A stretch of 64,000 bases of DNA, taken from the NCBI GenBank assembly GCA_041750555.1, contig JBGSZB010000016.1, positions 19,725-83,724 of the forward strand, in the 5' to 3' direction. Positions 38,000 through 47,976 of this stretch are shown here, in pieces. The notes under the pieces are model-generated. The model saw only the letters and a list, made by a program, of their open reading frames with translations. It was not told the DNA's origin and made no database searches. The position numbers were made by a program, and so were the translations under genes. Each line of letters starts with the position of its first letter. Position 1 is the first letter of the stretch. The stretch is from Candidatus Dojkabacteria bacterium (lineage in GTDB: Bacteria > Patescibacteriota > Dojkabacteria > J137).

Positions 38000-40900
38000 A
38001 TGAAGATCCTAATAATTGAAAAGGACTTAATAGCGAGGCTTGTTATTAAGAATATAATATACAAAAGCTTAAGTGTTGATAGGAATCAATTAGACATATA
38101 TACAACCCCTAATCCACTACAAGGAATTGGAACATGTTTTGTAATTAATCCAGATATAATAATTTTTGATGAAAAAGAATATATAACTGATGATAAAAGT
38201 ATTAGTGAATATATCTCTTCAAATAAAAATATATTAATTAATTCACCAATAATAATTAAAAACTTCTCTAGATTTACTGAAGATCGTAACTATGTAGAAC
38301 ACTATTCACAATTCTTAGAGGCTAAATTAAAAGAATTTAACTTAAGTAATGGTTTAAAAATAGATACTATTGAAAAAATATTACTTAAGTTACTGTATCC
38401 ATCTAAAAAAGAAAAAAGATATAAGAATAATATTTTAAATAAATCGTATATAGTTTTAAATAACCTTTATTTAGATTTATTAACTGGTGTATATAGATTA
38501 CTTTGGGATAGGAAAGAAATTGAGAGAGATGATTTAACAGTAACTTATGAAAAGAAAACATTTAATCAAAGAATTTATCCTAAGCTATTTATAGCGTCCT
38601 CTATTACTCTATCTATACTTTTAAATGTATCGCTATCTCTTCTTCCAATACTTGGATTAGGATACTTATCACAAAGAGATGCTACAGCTCAGATTACTGA
38701 TAACTGTATAGCTATAGATAAAGACTTTAATCAAGAAATAGGTTTAATAGATTTAGCAAGTATTGCAACTAAATACAATGATGAATGTGTTAATACAAGT
38801 TATCATTGGGGATGTGGTTCTATGGATAGCAATAGTGATAGTAGTGTAGATGTAATAGATTTAGCATATTTAGTTCAAAGATATAATCAAAGTTGTTTTA
38901 AAGGTGGTGAATGGTTTGTTTCAACCACTGGAAGTCCTACAGGAGATGGAAGTATAGATGATCCATGGGATATTGCTACAGGGTTAAATAGTTTTAATAC
39001 AATTCAACCTGGAGATACATTATGGTTAAGAGGTGGAACTTACGGAACTGGAGCGGGAACTATTTATCAAACTAAATTAATAGGTACAGAAGAAAGTCCA
39101 ATCGTTATTAAAAGTTATCCAAATGAATGGGCTGTAATAGATGGAGGAATACAACAAGTAGCGCTATCTGGAGCTGCACATATGTGGTTTTGGGGATTTG
39201 AAGTAACTAATTCAAGTATAGTAAGGCCAATAGATAATGTAAGTGCATTTAGATCTGCAGGATTTGATCTTCATGGTCCTGGTACAAAAGTAATAAATCT
39301 ATATATAAATAATACTGGACATCCCTCTATTGGTTTCTGGGATAGAATTGAAGATGGGGGAGAGGTATATGGGACAGTATCTTGGGGGGCAGGGGTTAGA
39401 GATGATACTCCAGAGTACGGAGGAGCTTGGAGAGGAGCTTCAATTTATGGACAAAACACTATTGGAAATAGAAATATTGAAAACAATATATTCTTTTCTA
39501 ATTCAACTACAGGTTTAAGTACTCACGGTGTTGATGGACATGTTAATAACTTTACATATAGATATAATTCAGTATTTAACAACAACCAAGCTGATTTAAT
39601 AGCCTACAGTACAAATCACGGAGCATCAGGATTAGTAATTGATAATAATAGTTTTTATTCTGAAAGAGGAATGGCTGTAGGAAGTATGCTAATTGGAACT
39701 TTTGGAAATAATTACGATGCAACAATTACAAATAATATAGTTTTTAACCCATACAAAGGAATATATTTTAGAAAATATGAAACAATAAATTTAACTAATA
39801 ACTTAATTATCTCTGATACCGACTTAGTAATTCAAGATAGTTCAGTTACAACATATAACTCAAGTAACAACAAATTTATATCTAGAGGTGGATCAATATT
39901 AAAACTTGATGGTGTAAGTTCAAGAACATTTAGTGCTCTAACTACACATTTATCAGATTCAACCTCAACTTACTCTAGATATATAGATGAAAGCAATAAA
40001 GTACTATTAAAACCTAATAAGTATGAATATGGGAAAGCTCATTTAACTGTATATAACTTTGAAAATAAGATTACTGAGAGCATTAATCCTTCAACTTTTT
40101 TATCGTATGGTGATTACTACATTGTAAGAGATGTACTAGATTACGATAATCCAATAATAAAAGGTAGATATTTAGGTAGTAATATAACTATTCCTCTACA
40201 TCTATATGTTTATCAACCAATTACAGGAACAGTATTTAATGCTAATCATAAGCACTTTGCTCCTATGTTTAATAACTATTCAATAGAGAGAGTAAACTCT
40301 AGTAGTGGGAATAAAGTAAATGCCCCAGTATTAGTGGGAGATCTTGAATACTCAACATCTGTTTATTCTGTAGAATTAACTTCAACTACACCTAATGCCC
40401 TAATATATTACACAACAGATGGAAGTGAACCAACAACATCCAGCACTCTATACTCTGGGGCGTTTAATATCTCAAGCACTGTAGAGATTAAAGCAATAGC
40501 AGTATTAGACGGTTATGAAGATAGTACAAAGGTAAAATACAATATATATAAAATTGATTTAGAGGATGGATTAAAAGGATATTACAAACTAGATGAAGAG
40601 AGTGGTACAACAGTACTAAACTCATCTAACGATCCATCTAAATTCCCTGTAGGTACAACAGTTGGAACAGGTATTGAAAGAATAAGTGGAATTGATGGAG
40701 GTGCATATAGACTAGATGGAGCGGGGAGTTACTTTAACGTGTTATCAGTTTCAGGATTAACAGAAGCTTATTCAATATCAGGGTGGGCAAAATTAAGTGG
40801 TAATTCAGGAACCTTACTAAACATAGGATCAAGTGCATGGAGTACTGTAAACTTTAGATTAACCCTAACAGCATCTACTAATATGGTAAACAATATGACT

Positions 40901-41209
40901 CATTTTCCTGGAGATTTCTCTGGAACTGGAGTAGAAAGTAATAATTGTAACAGTGTAACTGAATGGAACTTTTATACTGTAACTTTTGATGGAACAAGTC
41001 AAAGAATATATTGTAATGGAATATTTAAAAGTATAACAACAAGAGAGGATGGCCCCCTAGTTGCGGGAACCCGAACAACTATGAATGTTGGATTTAATGG
41101 ATTTGACCAATCGTTTACTGGAGATATTGATGAGATAAGGATATATAATAGAACTCTAAACGAAAGAGAGGTTTATTCATTATTTAATCAATTTAAAGAC
41201 CAAATTTAA
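38000..41209 (+). CDS. large surface protein: N-terminal receiver-like domain, TM helix, dockerin-like Cys-bracketed repeats, parallel beta-helix (pectate-lyase fold), chitobiase/hexosaminidase-C-like domain, C-terminal LamG_3 lectin domain
   Basis: MKILIIEKDL...DIIIFDEK receiver-like; TM ~aa 195-215; CIAIDKDFNQEIGLIDLASIATKYNDEC and CGSMDSNSDSSVDVIDLAYLVQRYNQSC; DGSIDDPWDIATGLNSFNTIQPGDTLWLRGGTYG beta-helix start; ALIYYTTDGSEPTTSS; C-terminal DIDEIRIYNRTLNEREV LamG_3 end motif. Confidence 0.75.
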   Translation: MKILIIEKDLIARLVIKNIIYKSLSVDRNQLDIYTTPNPLQGIGTCFVINPDIIIFDEKEYITDDKSISEYISSNKNILINSPIIIKNFSRFTEDRNYVEHYSQFLEAKLKEFNLSNGLKIDTIEKILLKLLYPSKKEKRYKNNILNKSYIVLNNLYLDLLTGVYRLLWDRKEIERDDLTVTYEKKTFNQRIYPKLFIASSITLSILLNVSLSLLPILGLGYLSQRDATAQITDNCIAIDKDFNQEIGLIDLASIATKYNDECVNTSYHWGCGSMDSNSDSSVDVIDLAYLVQRYNQSCFKGGEWFVSTTGSPTGDGSIDDPWDIATGLNSFNTIQPGDTLWLRGGTYGTGAGTIYQTKLIGTEESPIVIKSYPNEWAVIDGGIQQVALSGAAHMWFWGFEVTNSSIVRPIDNVSAFRSAGFDLHGPGTKVINLYINNTGHPSIGFWDRIEDGGEVYGTVSWGAGVRDDTPEYGGAWRGASIYGQNTIGNRNIENNIFFSNSTTGLSTHGVDGHVNNFTYRYNSVFNNNQADLIAYSTNHGASGLVIDNNSFYSERGMAVGSMLIGTFGNNYDATITNNIVFNPYKGIYFRKYETINLTNNLIISDTDLVIQDSSVTTYNSSNNKFISRGGSILKLDGVSSRTFSALTTHLSDSTSTYSRYIDESNKVLLKPNKYEYGKAHLTVYNFENKITESINPSTFLSYGDYYIVRDVLDYDNPIIKGRYLGSNITIPLHLYVYQPITGTVFNANHKHFAPMFNNYSIERVNSSSGNKVNAPVLVGDLEYSTSVYSVELTSTTPNALIYYTTDGSEPTTSSTLYSGAFNISSTVEIKAIAVLDGYEDSTKVKYNIYKIDLEDGLKGYYKLDEESGTTVLNSSNDPSKFPVGTTVGTGIERISGIDGGAYRLDGAGSYFNVLSVSGLTEAYSISGWAKLSGNSGTLLNIGSSAWSTVNFRLTLTASTNMVNNMTHFPGDFSGTGVESNNCNSVTEWNFYTVTFDGTSQRIYCNGIFKSITTREDGPLVAGTRTTMNVGFNGFDQSFTGDIDEIRIYNRTLNEREVYSLFNQFKDQI

Positions 41210-41277
41210 ATTCTAGTGAGAATCTTTAACCCTGCAATGATATAATCTATGCTGTTAATTTATTAATTAAGATTAAG

Positions 41278-41829
41278 ATGTATCCATATATAATTTTAAA
41301 GATAGAAAACTATATACCACATTTATACTTAAGAACTTCAGAAACTTTAGAAACTCAAATTGAAGACGAAGATATTAGTTTATTAGATACCGTATTAGAA
41401 TTAGGAGAAAAATTAAACTTGAGTGATTCTAACTTAGATTCTAAATCTCAATATAACTATCTCATAAATTTAGCTAGAGAACATGATGAGACATATGCAA
41501 CAAGTAATAGTGATATTGATAATACAACTTTTTTTAGATTGAAAGAGTATTTAGATAGATTTTTAGAAGAGAATAAAGTAGAGCCCCTATACCTTGATGT
41601 AGAAGTTAGTGATGAAATTAGAGATCAATTAAATAGAGAACAAGGTGCAGATTTATTAGCTAGTATATTAGACTATATCTATACAATATTAATAGCTAAA
41701 AGCGTTATAGCTGCATCCGAAATGGGAATAGGTGTTATACATTTAAATGATGAAACTAAAAACAGTAGACTTCAAGAAAAAATGGCAATGGAGTTAGAAA
41801 AAATTGATGTTGAGTTAATAATAGATTAA
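41278..41829 (+). CDS. hypothetical acidic protein
   Basis: 183 aa, D/E-rich, no motif recognised. Confidence 0.4.
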   Translation: MYPYIILKIENYIPHLYLRTSETLETQIEDEDISLLDTVLELGEKLNLSDSNLDSKSQYNYLINLAREHDETYATSNSDIDNTTFFRLKEYLDRFLEENKVEPLYLDVEVSDEIRDQLNREQGADLLASILDYIYTILIAKSVIAASEMGIGVIHLNDETKNSRLQEKMAMELEKIDVELIID

Positions 41830-42254
41830 TCAGGTTTACTACTATTTAACCATTCAAAAACTTCAGTTAAATTATCTCTATGAGTATTATCAAATACTTT
41901 TAAATCATATTTATGCCTTAAATCAGTTATACCTAATCCATAAGTAACTATTGGTATAAATTTACTAACGATACTTAAGTCTTCTGGCATAACAACAGCA
42001 TAAGCTCCCCAATTAACGTCAAATGGGAATTGTACAAAATTTAAAATAGCAGTTAATGGTGGTGTTTTATCTACAACATATATTATTCTACAGTTCCTAT
42101 CTTTATCTAACCTTTTTAATACACCCTCATCAAACTCTTTTCCTTTCTCTAAAAAAAGTTTAGTATCAGTTGTATTGATTCTTAGGATATGAGCTCCCTT
42201 AAAATCATAGATTATCTCCATCTCTTTTGAATTATCAAAATCAAGTTTAATCAT
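41826..42254 (-). CDS. hypothetical protein
   Basis: 142 aa; ends 1 nt from the FNR-like gene (stop-start overlap at 42254). Confidence 0.4.
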   Translation of the reverse strand: MIKLDFDNSKEMEIIYDFKGAHILRINTTDTKLFLEKGKEFDEGVLKRLDKDRNCRIIYVVDKTPPLTAILNFVQFPFDVNWGAYAVVMPEDLSIVSKFIPIVTYGLGITDLRHKYDLKVFDNTHRDNLTEVFEWLNSSKPD

Positions 42255-42961
42255 TAACCATATTTTTCCATAAATATATTACTTACCCCAAGGGATTTTA
42301 AAACAACAGTAGTGTCATTTATCATTTCATTACTACCACATAGATAAAACTCTGTATTATTAATATCAATATTTAAATTAGAGTATTTATTATCTAAAAT
42401 ATCACTAACTACAGTGTTTACCCTACCTTTAAAAGAGTATTCGTTTATGGGGTCTTCTCTAGTTACACATTGAACATATTTAAATTTAGAAGAATCTATA
42501 TCTTTAAAATATATATATGCAATATCTAATTCACTTGTTCTTGTACCAAATAACAGATAAATACTTCCATTAAAACTATTATCATTAATTAACGAATAAA
42601 TCATTGGAATAAATGGAGCTATACCACTTCCTGTTGCTATAAATACTTTATTCTCAACAACATTTTTAATATTAAATATTCCATAAGGCCCTAAAATATT
42701 AATTTCATCATTAATTTTAGTATCTATAAAATACTTAGAAGCTAATCCCATTGGTTTAACATCTATTAAAAGTTTTAATAAATTATCCTTAACTTCTACA
42801 ATTGAATAGGCTCTTGTATATGTTGGATTAAATTTAATTACTACAAATTGTCCAGCCTTATATTCAAAATCAATTGGAACTCTATAGTAAAGTTCATAAG
42901 TTGTTTCATTTATCTGTATCTTTTTTTCTAAAAGGGATTTGAAATTTAATATTTTTAACAT
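42254..42961 (-). CDS. ferredoxin-NADP-reductase-like FAD/NAD(P)-binding oxidoreductase
   Basis: RAYSIVEV (RxYS FAD motif) and FIATGSGIAPFIPMI (GTGIAP NAD(P) motif); no Fe-S domain. Confidence 0.6.
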   Translation of the reverse strand: MLKILNFKSLLEKKIQINETTYELYYRVPIDFEYKAGQFVVIKFNPTYTRAYSIVEVKDNLLKLLIDVKPMGLASKYFIDTKINDEINILGPYGIFNIKNVVENKVFIATGSGIAPFIPMIYSLINDNSFNGSIYLLFGTRTSELDIAYIYFKDIDSSKFKYVQCVTREDPINEYSFKGRVNTVVSDILDNKYSNLNIDINNTEFYLCGSNEMINDTTVVLKSLGVSNIFMEKYG

Positions 42962-43098
42962 AGTTTTGTAATAATTTAATGTTAATGTATAACCTTTGAT
43001 TTACTGATACACTTTAACATATAAATATATTTGGATGTAGAGAATTATTAGAATATAATGCTGTAACTGAACTAAATATTAAATAATAATTAATTAAT

Positions 43099-44067
43099 AT
43101 GAAAAAGAATAATTTAATTAGTGTAATTATTACAGCCTTTAGAGAAGAAGCTACTATTGGAAAAGCTATTGAATGTATAGCAAATCCTGAGTATTCAGGA
43201 ATACCTGATGATTATGAAATAATATTAGCTGCTCCAGATAAAGAAACTCATAATGTAGCAACCCTTAAAGCAAGGGAATTAAATATTGAAGATAAATTAA
43301 TTCATGTTTATGACCCAGGTAAAGCAGAGGGCAAGGGGAAACCAACTGCCTTAAATATGGCCCTAGATATCGCAAAAGGGAGCATTTTAATATTTACTGA
43401 TGGAGATGTACATTTAGGTAAATTTGCCCTTAAAAGGCTTCTTAAACACTTTAGAAATCCTAGTGTAATGTTAGTAACTGGAAGACCAGTATCTAGTGAT
43501 TCTAAGAGTACTTTAATGGGATATTTTGGTAATTTATTAGCTGATGCAGCTCATCATAAAAGAACAATAGATTTAACAGATAACCCAGAAGGTTTAAGTT
43601 TAAAGCTTGTTAGGAAAAGAGCATTCTTTCCAGTTTCTGGATATGTATATGCTATGAGAAAAAATGATATTCGTTTTCCTGAAGATTGTTTAGTTGATGA
43701 TGCATATATCTCATATATGATTTTTAATATGGGGGGTAGAATTGAGTATGAACCAAGAGCTCTAGCATATGTTAAGTATCCAACTAATTTATCTGACTAT
43801 TTTAAACAAAAGAAAAGATCAACTGGTGGATATATGCAGTTATGGGAGTATGGTATTGTTAAAAAAAGTACTAAAACTAGATCATTCTGGAGAGAGTTAG
43901 AGTATGTTTGGTTTCCCCTAAGATACTCTAAAAATATTAAACAATTATTCTTTTCATTCTTAATGTATCCAATTAGATTATGGTTATGGATTCAAATATA
44001 TTGGGAGAGAAAGGTTGTTAAGAAAAACTTTGTTAAAACTTGGGTTAGAGTTGAAAGTACTAAATAG
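43099..44067 (+). CDS. family 2 glycosyltransferase
   Basis: ISVIITAFREEATIGKAI N-terminus; FTDGDVHL DxD motif; C-terminal hydrophobic/W-rich segment. Confidence 0.75.
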   Translation: MKKNNLISVIITAFREEATIGKAIECIANPEYSGIPDDYEIILAAPDKETHNVATLKARELNIEDKLIHVYDPGKAEGKGKPTALNMALDIAKGSILIFTDGDVHLGKFALKRLLKHFRNPSVMLVTGRPVSSDSKSTLMGYFGNLLADAAHHKRTIDLTDNPEGLSLKLVRKRAFFPVSGYVYAMRKNDIRFPEDCLVDDAYISYMIFNMGGRIEYEPRALAYVKYPTNLSDYFKQKKRSTGGYMQLWEYGIVKKSTKTRSFWRELEYVWFPLRYSKNIKQLFFSFLMYPIRLWLWIQIYWERKVVKKNFVKTWVRVESTK

Positions 44068-44148
44068 CTATACCTAAATTAGAAATTAAATTATCCCCTT
44101 GCCATATTTTCTCTTTGGCTGTTAGAGTAGGTTAGTTAAATTTTCTTT

Positions 44149-44556
44149 ATGTTAAATTTAGATGATACCCAAACACTTCCAGTTATTGAAACTTCGCATG
44201 AACATGATTTGTATGTTGGAACTCCCGATCCTCAAGTATCTCAGAAAAACAAGATTTCAATTAGAAGTTTTCAAATTGGAATGATATATCAAAGAGTTAT
44301 GTCTCCTGAATTTGCATCTGAGTGGAACTCTACTTTATATGGGAGTAGAACATCTGATGATAAATTTAAAGTTACCTACTCTGAATTACATAGGGCATAT
44401 ATCGATTTAAATTTCCACTTAAATAGGGGAGATGTTGCATTTGAAGCTTTTATTGCAGAATTATTAAACCTTAAGTTAATTACAGAGGAGAGATCAAATG
44501 GAGTTACTTTGTTTACTCTTAGTCCATCTGAGTATAATTTTACAGATGAGGGATAA
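44149..44556 (+). CDS. hypothetical protein
   Basis: 135 aa ORF, no motif recognised. Confidence 0.4.
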   Translation: MLNLDDTQTLPVIETSHEHDLYVGTPDPQVSQKNKISIRSFQIGMIYQRVMSPEFASEWNSTLYGSRTSDDKFKVTYSELHRAYIDLNFHLNRGDVAFEAFIAELLNLKLITEERSNGVTLFTLSPSEYNFTDEG

Positions 44557-44609
44557 GTGTTGTATAAAAAATACCATGGGTATATAATCCCGACAATTAT
44601 ACGAATTCA

Positions 44610-45074
44610 ATGACTGATCAGATAAGTGATTTTCTTAAAAGAGTTAAAATAGGTTCACTTTACATAGCTATAGCATATATGTTTGGTGCTCCATATATTA
44701 ATGATATTAACTACTCACCTCAAAACAATTATGGATTACCGATTCAGAGAGATATTACTCCACTGGCTTTAGTTGTAGAAAGTGATACAGCTAATTTACC
44801 ATCTTTTAGAATCCAAAATGCTATTCCACAAACAGGTTCTATCCCCGATGGTTTTATAGATAGCGCATTTTTAAATAAATTAGATGAACTATACAAATCT
44901 CCCAACTTAAGTGAAGAAGATAGAAAGAAATTTTTAGAATTTCTAGAAGTATATATTAATACTCTTGCATACTTAAACAATGCAAATGATACTCATGCAT
45001 ATGAAATTGCTACATTTACAAATAATGTAAAAGGTGAACTTATGGCAATATACTTTAGAAATTCTGAAGCTTAA
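44610..45074 (+). CDS. hypothetical protein
   Basis: 154 aa ORF, no motif recognised. Confidence 0.4.
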   Translation: MTDQISDFLKRVKIGSLYIAIAYMFGAPYINDINYSPQNNYGLPIQRDITPLALVVESDTANLPSFRIQNAIPQTGSIPDGFIDSAFLNKLDELYKSPNLSEEDRKKFLEFLEVYINTLAYLNNANDTHAYEIATFTNNVKGELMAIYFRNSEA

Positions 45075-45493
45075 TTAATCTCTAATACTTCAAATCCATT
45101 AACAATATCTCCTATACCTTTATTTAATAACTCCTTACCAATTACTGAACTTACTGTAACTGCATTAGGATATATTCTAGATTTAAATATATCTTCATCT
45201 ACTAATACTAATTCTTTAATATTATTATCCCTTAATAATTTAATTTTAGAACCTATTACTATTACTTCGCTTTTCTTTTTATTCTTTAAAGATTTTATAG
45301 CGTCACTAATCTCTACAATTCTAGCTTCATTTAATCTTTGTTGAGCTACTGCATCATCAAATGGAAAGTTTTCTCTAAATAAATCCCCTATATCAGAAGC
45401 TTTAATTAAATCAGAAGTTATACTATCTCTTAGAATTGTACTTCTATACTTTAATTCATCCTCTAACTTTTTAATATCTTCTATATTATTCAT
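45071..45493 (-). CDS. greA: GreA/GreB-family transcript cleavage factor
   Basis: N-terminal coiled coil; C-terminal FKBP-like domain (VTVSSVIGKELLNKGIGDIVNGFEVLEI resembles the GreA SPxGxALxGkxxGD motif). Confidence 0.6.
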   Translation of the reverse strand: MNNIEDIKKLEDELKYRSTILRDSITSDLIKASDIGDLFRENFPFDDAVAQQRLNEARIVEISDAIKSLKNKKKSEVIVIGSKIKLLRDNNIKELVLVDEDIFKSRIYPNAVTVSSVIGKELLNKGIGDIVNGFEVLEIN

Positions 45494-45546
45494 ATATACT
45501 AATTAAAGGTAAACCTGATTGTATCAAATTATTAATTTTAAAAAAA

Positions 45547-45560
45547 TGTATTGCAATACA
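45547..45560. promoter_or_regulatory. perfect 14-bp palindrome TGTATTGCAATACA (TGT-N8-ACA) in a divergent promoter region
   Basis: Read directly; flanked by A/T runs; lies between the greA-like gene (-) and ORF 45634 (+). Confidence 0.3.
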
Positions 45561-45633
45561 AATTTTTCTATAAGATATTGTTTAAATTAAATATGAGAGG
45601 TATATTCCACAAGTATTTGTTAAATTAAAAAAT

Positions 45634-45900
45634 ATGGACGGAATGAAGGAATCAGAACAAGTGTCAAGTATTATTAATGGTGCTGAATTAGCTGATGCAC
45701 TCTCTAAGAGATATTTAAACACTGAATTATCTGTCATAAGACAAATCCCAAGGGCAACAATTATCGACGCAATAGTAAAATTAAATGGGAATAAAATATC
45801 AGTAGAGTTGGCAAATACATATTTAAGTGAGTTGGAGGATTTACGAGTTATTAGTTTTGACCAAGGATTTCTAAGTGATAGACCTCAATTAGAAGCCTAA
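45634..45900 (+). CDS. small hypothetical protein
   Basis: 88 aa ORF. Confidence 0.35.
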   Translation: MDGMKESEQVSSIINGAELADALSKRYLNTELSVIRQIPRATIIDAIVKLNGNKISVELANTYLSELEDLRVISFDQGFLSDRPQLEA

Positions 45901-46563
45901 TCACCACTCTACAACTGGTATATTATGTAATGTTAAAAACTCATTAGCTTTGCTAAATGGTTTAGAACCAAAAAAACCTCTATCAGCAGAGAATGGAGAG
46001 GGATGAGGTGACTTAATTATTAATTGTTTTGAACTATCAATAAACATTTCCTTCTTTTGTGCATATGCACCCCAAAGAATGAAAACCATATGTTCCTTTT
46101 TATCCGATAGTAACTTAATAACGCTATCTGTAAAAGTTTCCCAACCCTTATTCTGATGAGAACCAGCTAACCCACTTCTTACAGTTAATGTAGCATTTAA
46201 AAGTAATACACCTGATTGAGCCCAATGTGTTAAATCTGGAGTTATTGGTGGAGTAATGCCTAAATCACTTTTTAACTCTTTAAAAATATTTCTTAAAGAT
46301 GGAGGAATTGGATTTCCTGGATTACTAGAGAATGCTAATCCATTAGCAACATTTGGAGTATGATATGGATCTTGACCTAAAATTAAAACTTTAACATCTT
46401 CGAATGAAGTTTCATTTAATGCTCTAAAAATATGTTTACCTAATGGATAAACAGTATTATTCTCATACTCACCTTTAACAAAAGTTACTAACTTTTTAAA
46501 ATACTCTTTATCAAACTCTTCACTTAAATATTTTCTCCATGAATTAGAAATTTTAACTTCCAT
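45901..46563 (-). CDS. ung: uracil-DNA glycosylase, family 1
   Basis: ILGQDPYHTPN and HPSPFSA motifs. Confidence 0.9.
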   Translation of the reverse strand: MEVKISNSWRKYLSEEFDKEYFKKLVTFVKGEYENNTVYPLGKHIFRALNETSFEDVKVLILGQDPYHTPNVANGLAFSSNPGNPIPPSLRNIFKELKSDLGITPPITPDLTHWAQSGVLLLNATLTVRSGLAGSHQNKGWETFTDSVIKLLSDKKEHMVFILWGAYAQKKEMFIDSSKQLIIKSPHPSPFSADRGFFGSKPFSKANEFLTLHNIPVVEW

Positions 46564-46954
46564 AAAGTTCTTTTAATGGTTTAAAGTAATATTCTTCCCA
46601 ACCATCCTTAATATCATCAGCATACATTTCAGGAATATTGTTATGAGTTAAAGTTAACTTAGTAACATTATCACCTAAATCTTCAAATTCAATAGTAACT
46701 TCAGAATAAAAATCACTTGGCCAATCCTCATAATCATATCTCCATTTCTGAACAATCTTTAATGGAGGTTCTAATTCCTCTGTTACTCCTGTAATACTAC
46801 CTCCCCATAAACTAAATTCACCTTCTTCTGTGGCATCAACTACTGCTTCATCATTAATTAAATCAGAATGTTTCTCTGCATCCATAAAAGTATCATAAAG
46901 TTCTTGTGGAGTAGTATCTAGCTTAAGGGTTAACAATATATCTTTAGTCTTCAT
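46553..46954 (-). CDS. SRPBCC / AHSA1 (activator of Hsp90 ATPase)-like protein
   Basis: 133 aa; overall SRPBCC pattern (PQELYDTFMD ... VTKLTLTHNNIPE ... EGWEEYYFKPLKEL). Confidence 0.6.
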   Translation of the reverse strand: MKTKDILLTLKLDTTPQELYDTFMDAEKHSDLINDEAVVDATEEGEFSLWGGSITGVTEELEPPLKIVQKWRYDYEDWPSDFYSEVTIEFEDLGDNVTKLTLTHNNIPEMYADDIKDGWEEYYFKPLKELYGS

Positions 46955-47915
46955 TTTTTAAGGATAAAATATAAAAGTTGTATTTATCAGATTTAGATTC
47001 ATTTAAAATATTAAAGCCTGTCTTATCTAACATCTCTTTAAAGTAAAGAAATGGTGTTTCTTTACTAAAGTATTCTAATTCATTTTTACCTTTTATTAAA
47101 ACATTCCAAACTTCTTTAATTTCTAAACTCTCTTTAAAGTTAATTAATACTATACCCTTATCTCTAATTATCCTTTTAACTTCCATTAAATACTTATATT
47201 CACTCTCTAAAGGTATAAATTGCCAATAAGAATTAATAATAATTAAATCAAAGCTATTATCTTTAAATGTATTCTTTAATAAATCTTTAACAATTATCTT
47301 TCCCTTAATTAATGTCTTTAAGTCTAAAGTTAACTCCCTAGAGATTTCAATAATATTAAATTTTAATTTATGTTTCTTTTCTACCTCTTTATTTAATTCA
47401 TTAATACCCTCATTAATCTCTTTAAAACTTGGTATTGGCCCTATACTTAATATATTAATATTGTTTGAGTTTAGGGATATTAATGCACTAATTAAATTAG
47501 TTAATGTTTCTTTTGATAATATCCCTATACTTTTATCTAATAAATTGCTCTTTAACTGATCTCTAAACTTTGACATCTTTTTAATTACAAATGAGTATTC
47601 AAAGTTTTTTTTATCAATAGCCTTTTTATTCTCTTCTCTTAATTGTTTTAATTTCCATAAAAACACTCTTCCTTTAAATTCTGATGTTGAGTCAATTGCA
47701 TATGAGTAAGCTCTCTCCATTACTGATCTATCAATATTTTTAGCTAATTTCATATATATTCCTAAATGATCAGGGTCATTTAAATCTTTAGATAACTTAT
47801 ATGCAAATGCTTGAAATTCTTTAGAGGCATGTCGTCTTCCCTTAGACGCTTTTACATCTTCAATGTCTAATATATTAATATTTGTTAGTATTGATTTAGC
47901 TGATACAAATGCCAT
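46944..47915 (-). CDS. putative class I SAM-dependent methyltransferase with long N-terminal extension
   Basis: C-terminal FDLIIINSYWQFIP...KRIIRDKGIVLINF resembles methyltransferase motifs II-III. Confidence 0.45.
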   Translation of the reverse strand: MAFVSAKSILTNINILDIEDVKASKGRRHASKEFQAFAYKLSKDLNDPDHLGIYMKLAKNIDRSVMERAYSYAIDSTSEFKGRVFLWKLKQLREENKKAIDKKNFEYSFVIKKMSKFRDQLKSNLLDKSIGILSKETLTNLISALISLNSNNINILSIGPIPSFKEINEGINELNKEVEKKHKLKFNIIEISRELTLDLKTLIKGKIIVKDLLKNTFKDNSFDLIIINSYWQFIPLESEYKYLMEVKRIIRDKGIVLINFKESLEIKEVWNVLIKGKNELEYFSKETPFLYFKEMLDKTGFNILNESKSDKYNFYILSLKNED

Positions 47916-47976
47916 ATGTAATTATACAATTAAGTGTTAACTTAATTCTTACAATAGTTAAATATATATTGAAAGA

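Noticed and set aside
33404-38000. Calling the tRNA-Ser-adjacent island an integrative element with defined att sites
   Set aside because: No integrase gene is present, and I could not find a direct repeat of the tRNA 3' end at the distal side by eye. It is reported as an accessory island only.
45547-45560. Interpreting the TGTATTGCAATACA palindrome as a LexA/SOS box
   Set aside because: It lacks the flanking C/G of the CTGT-N8-ACAG consensus and does not match the Gram-positive Cheo box. No lexA gene is in the window. It is kept only as a generic candidate operator.
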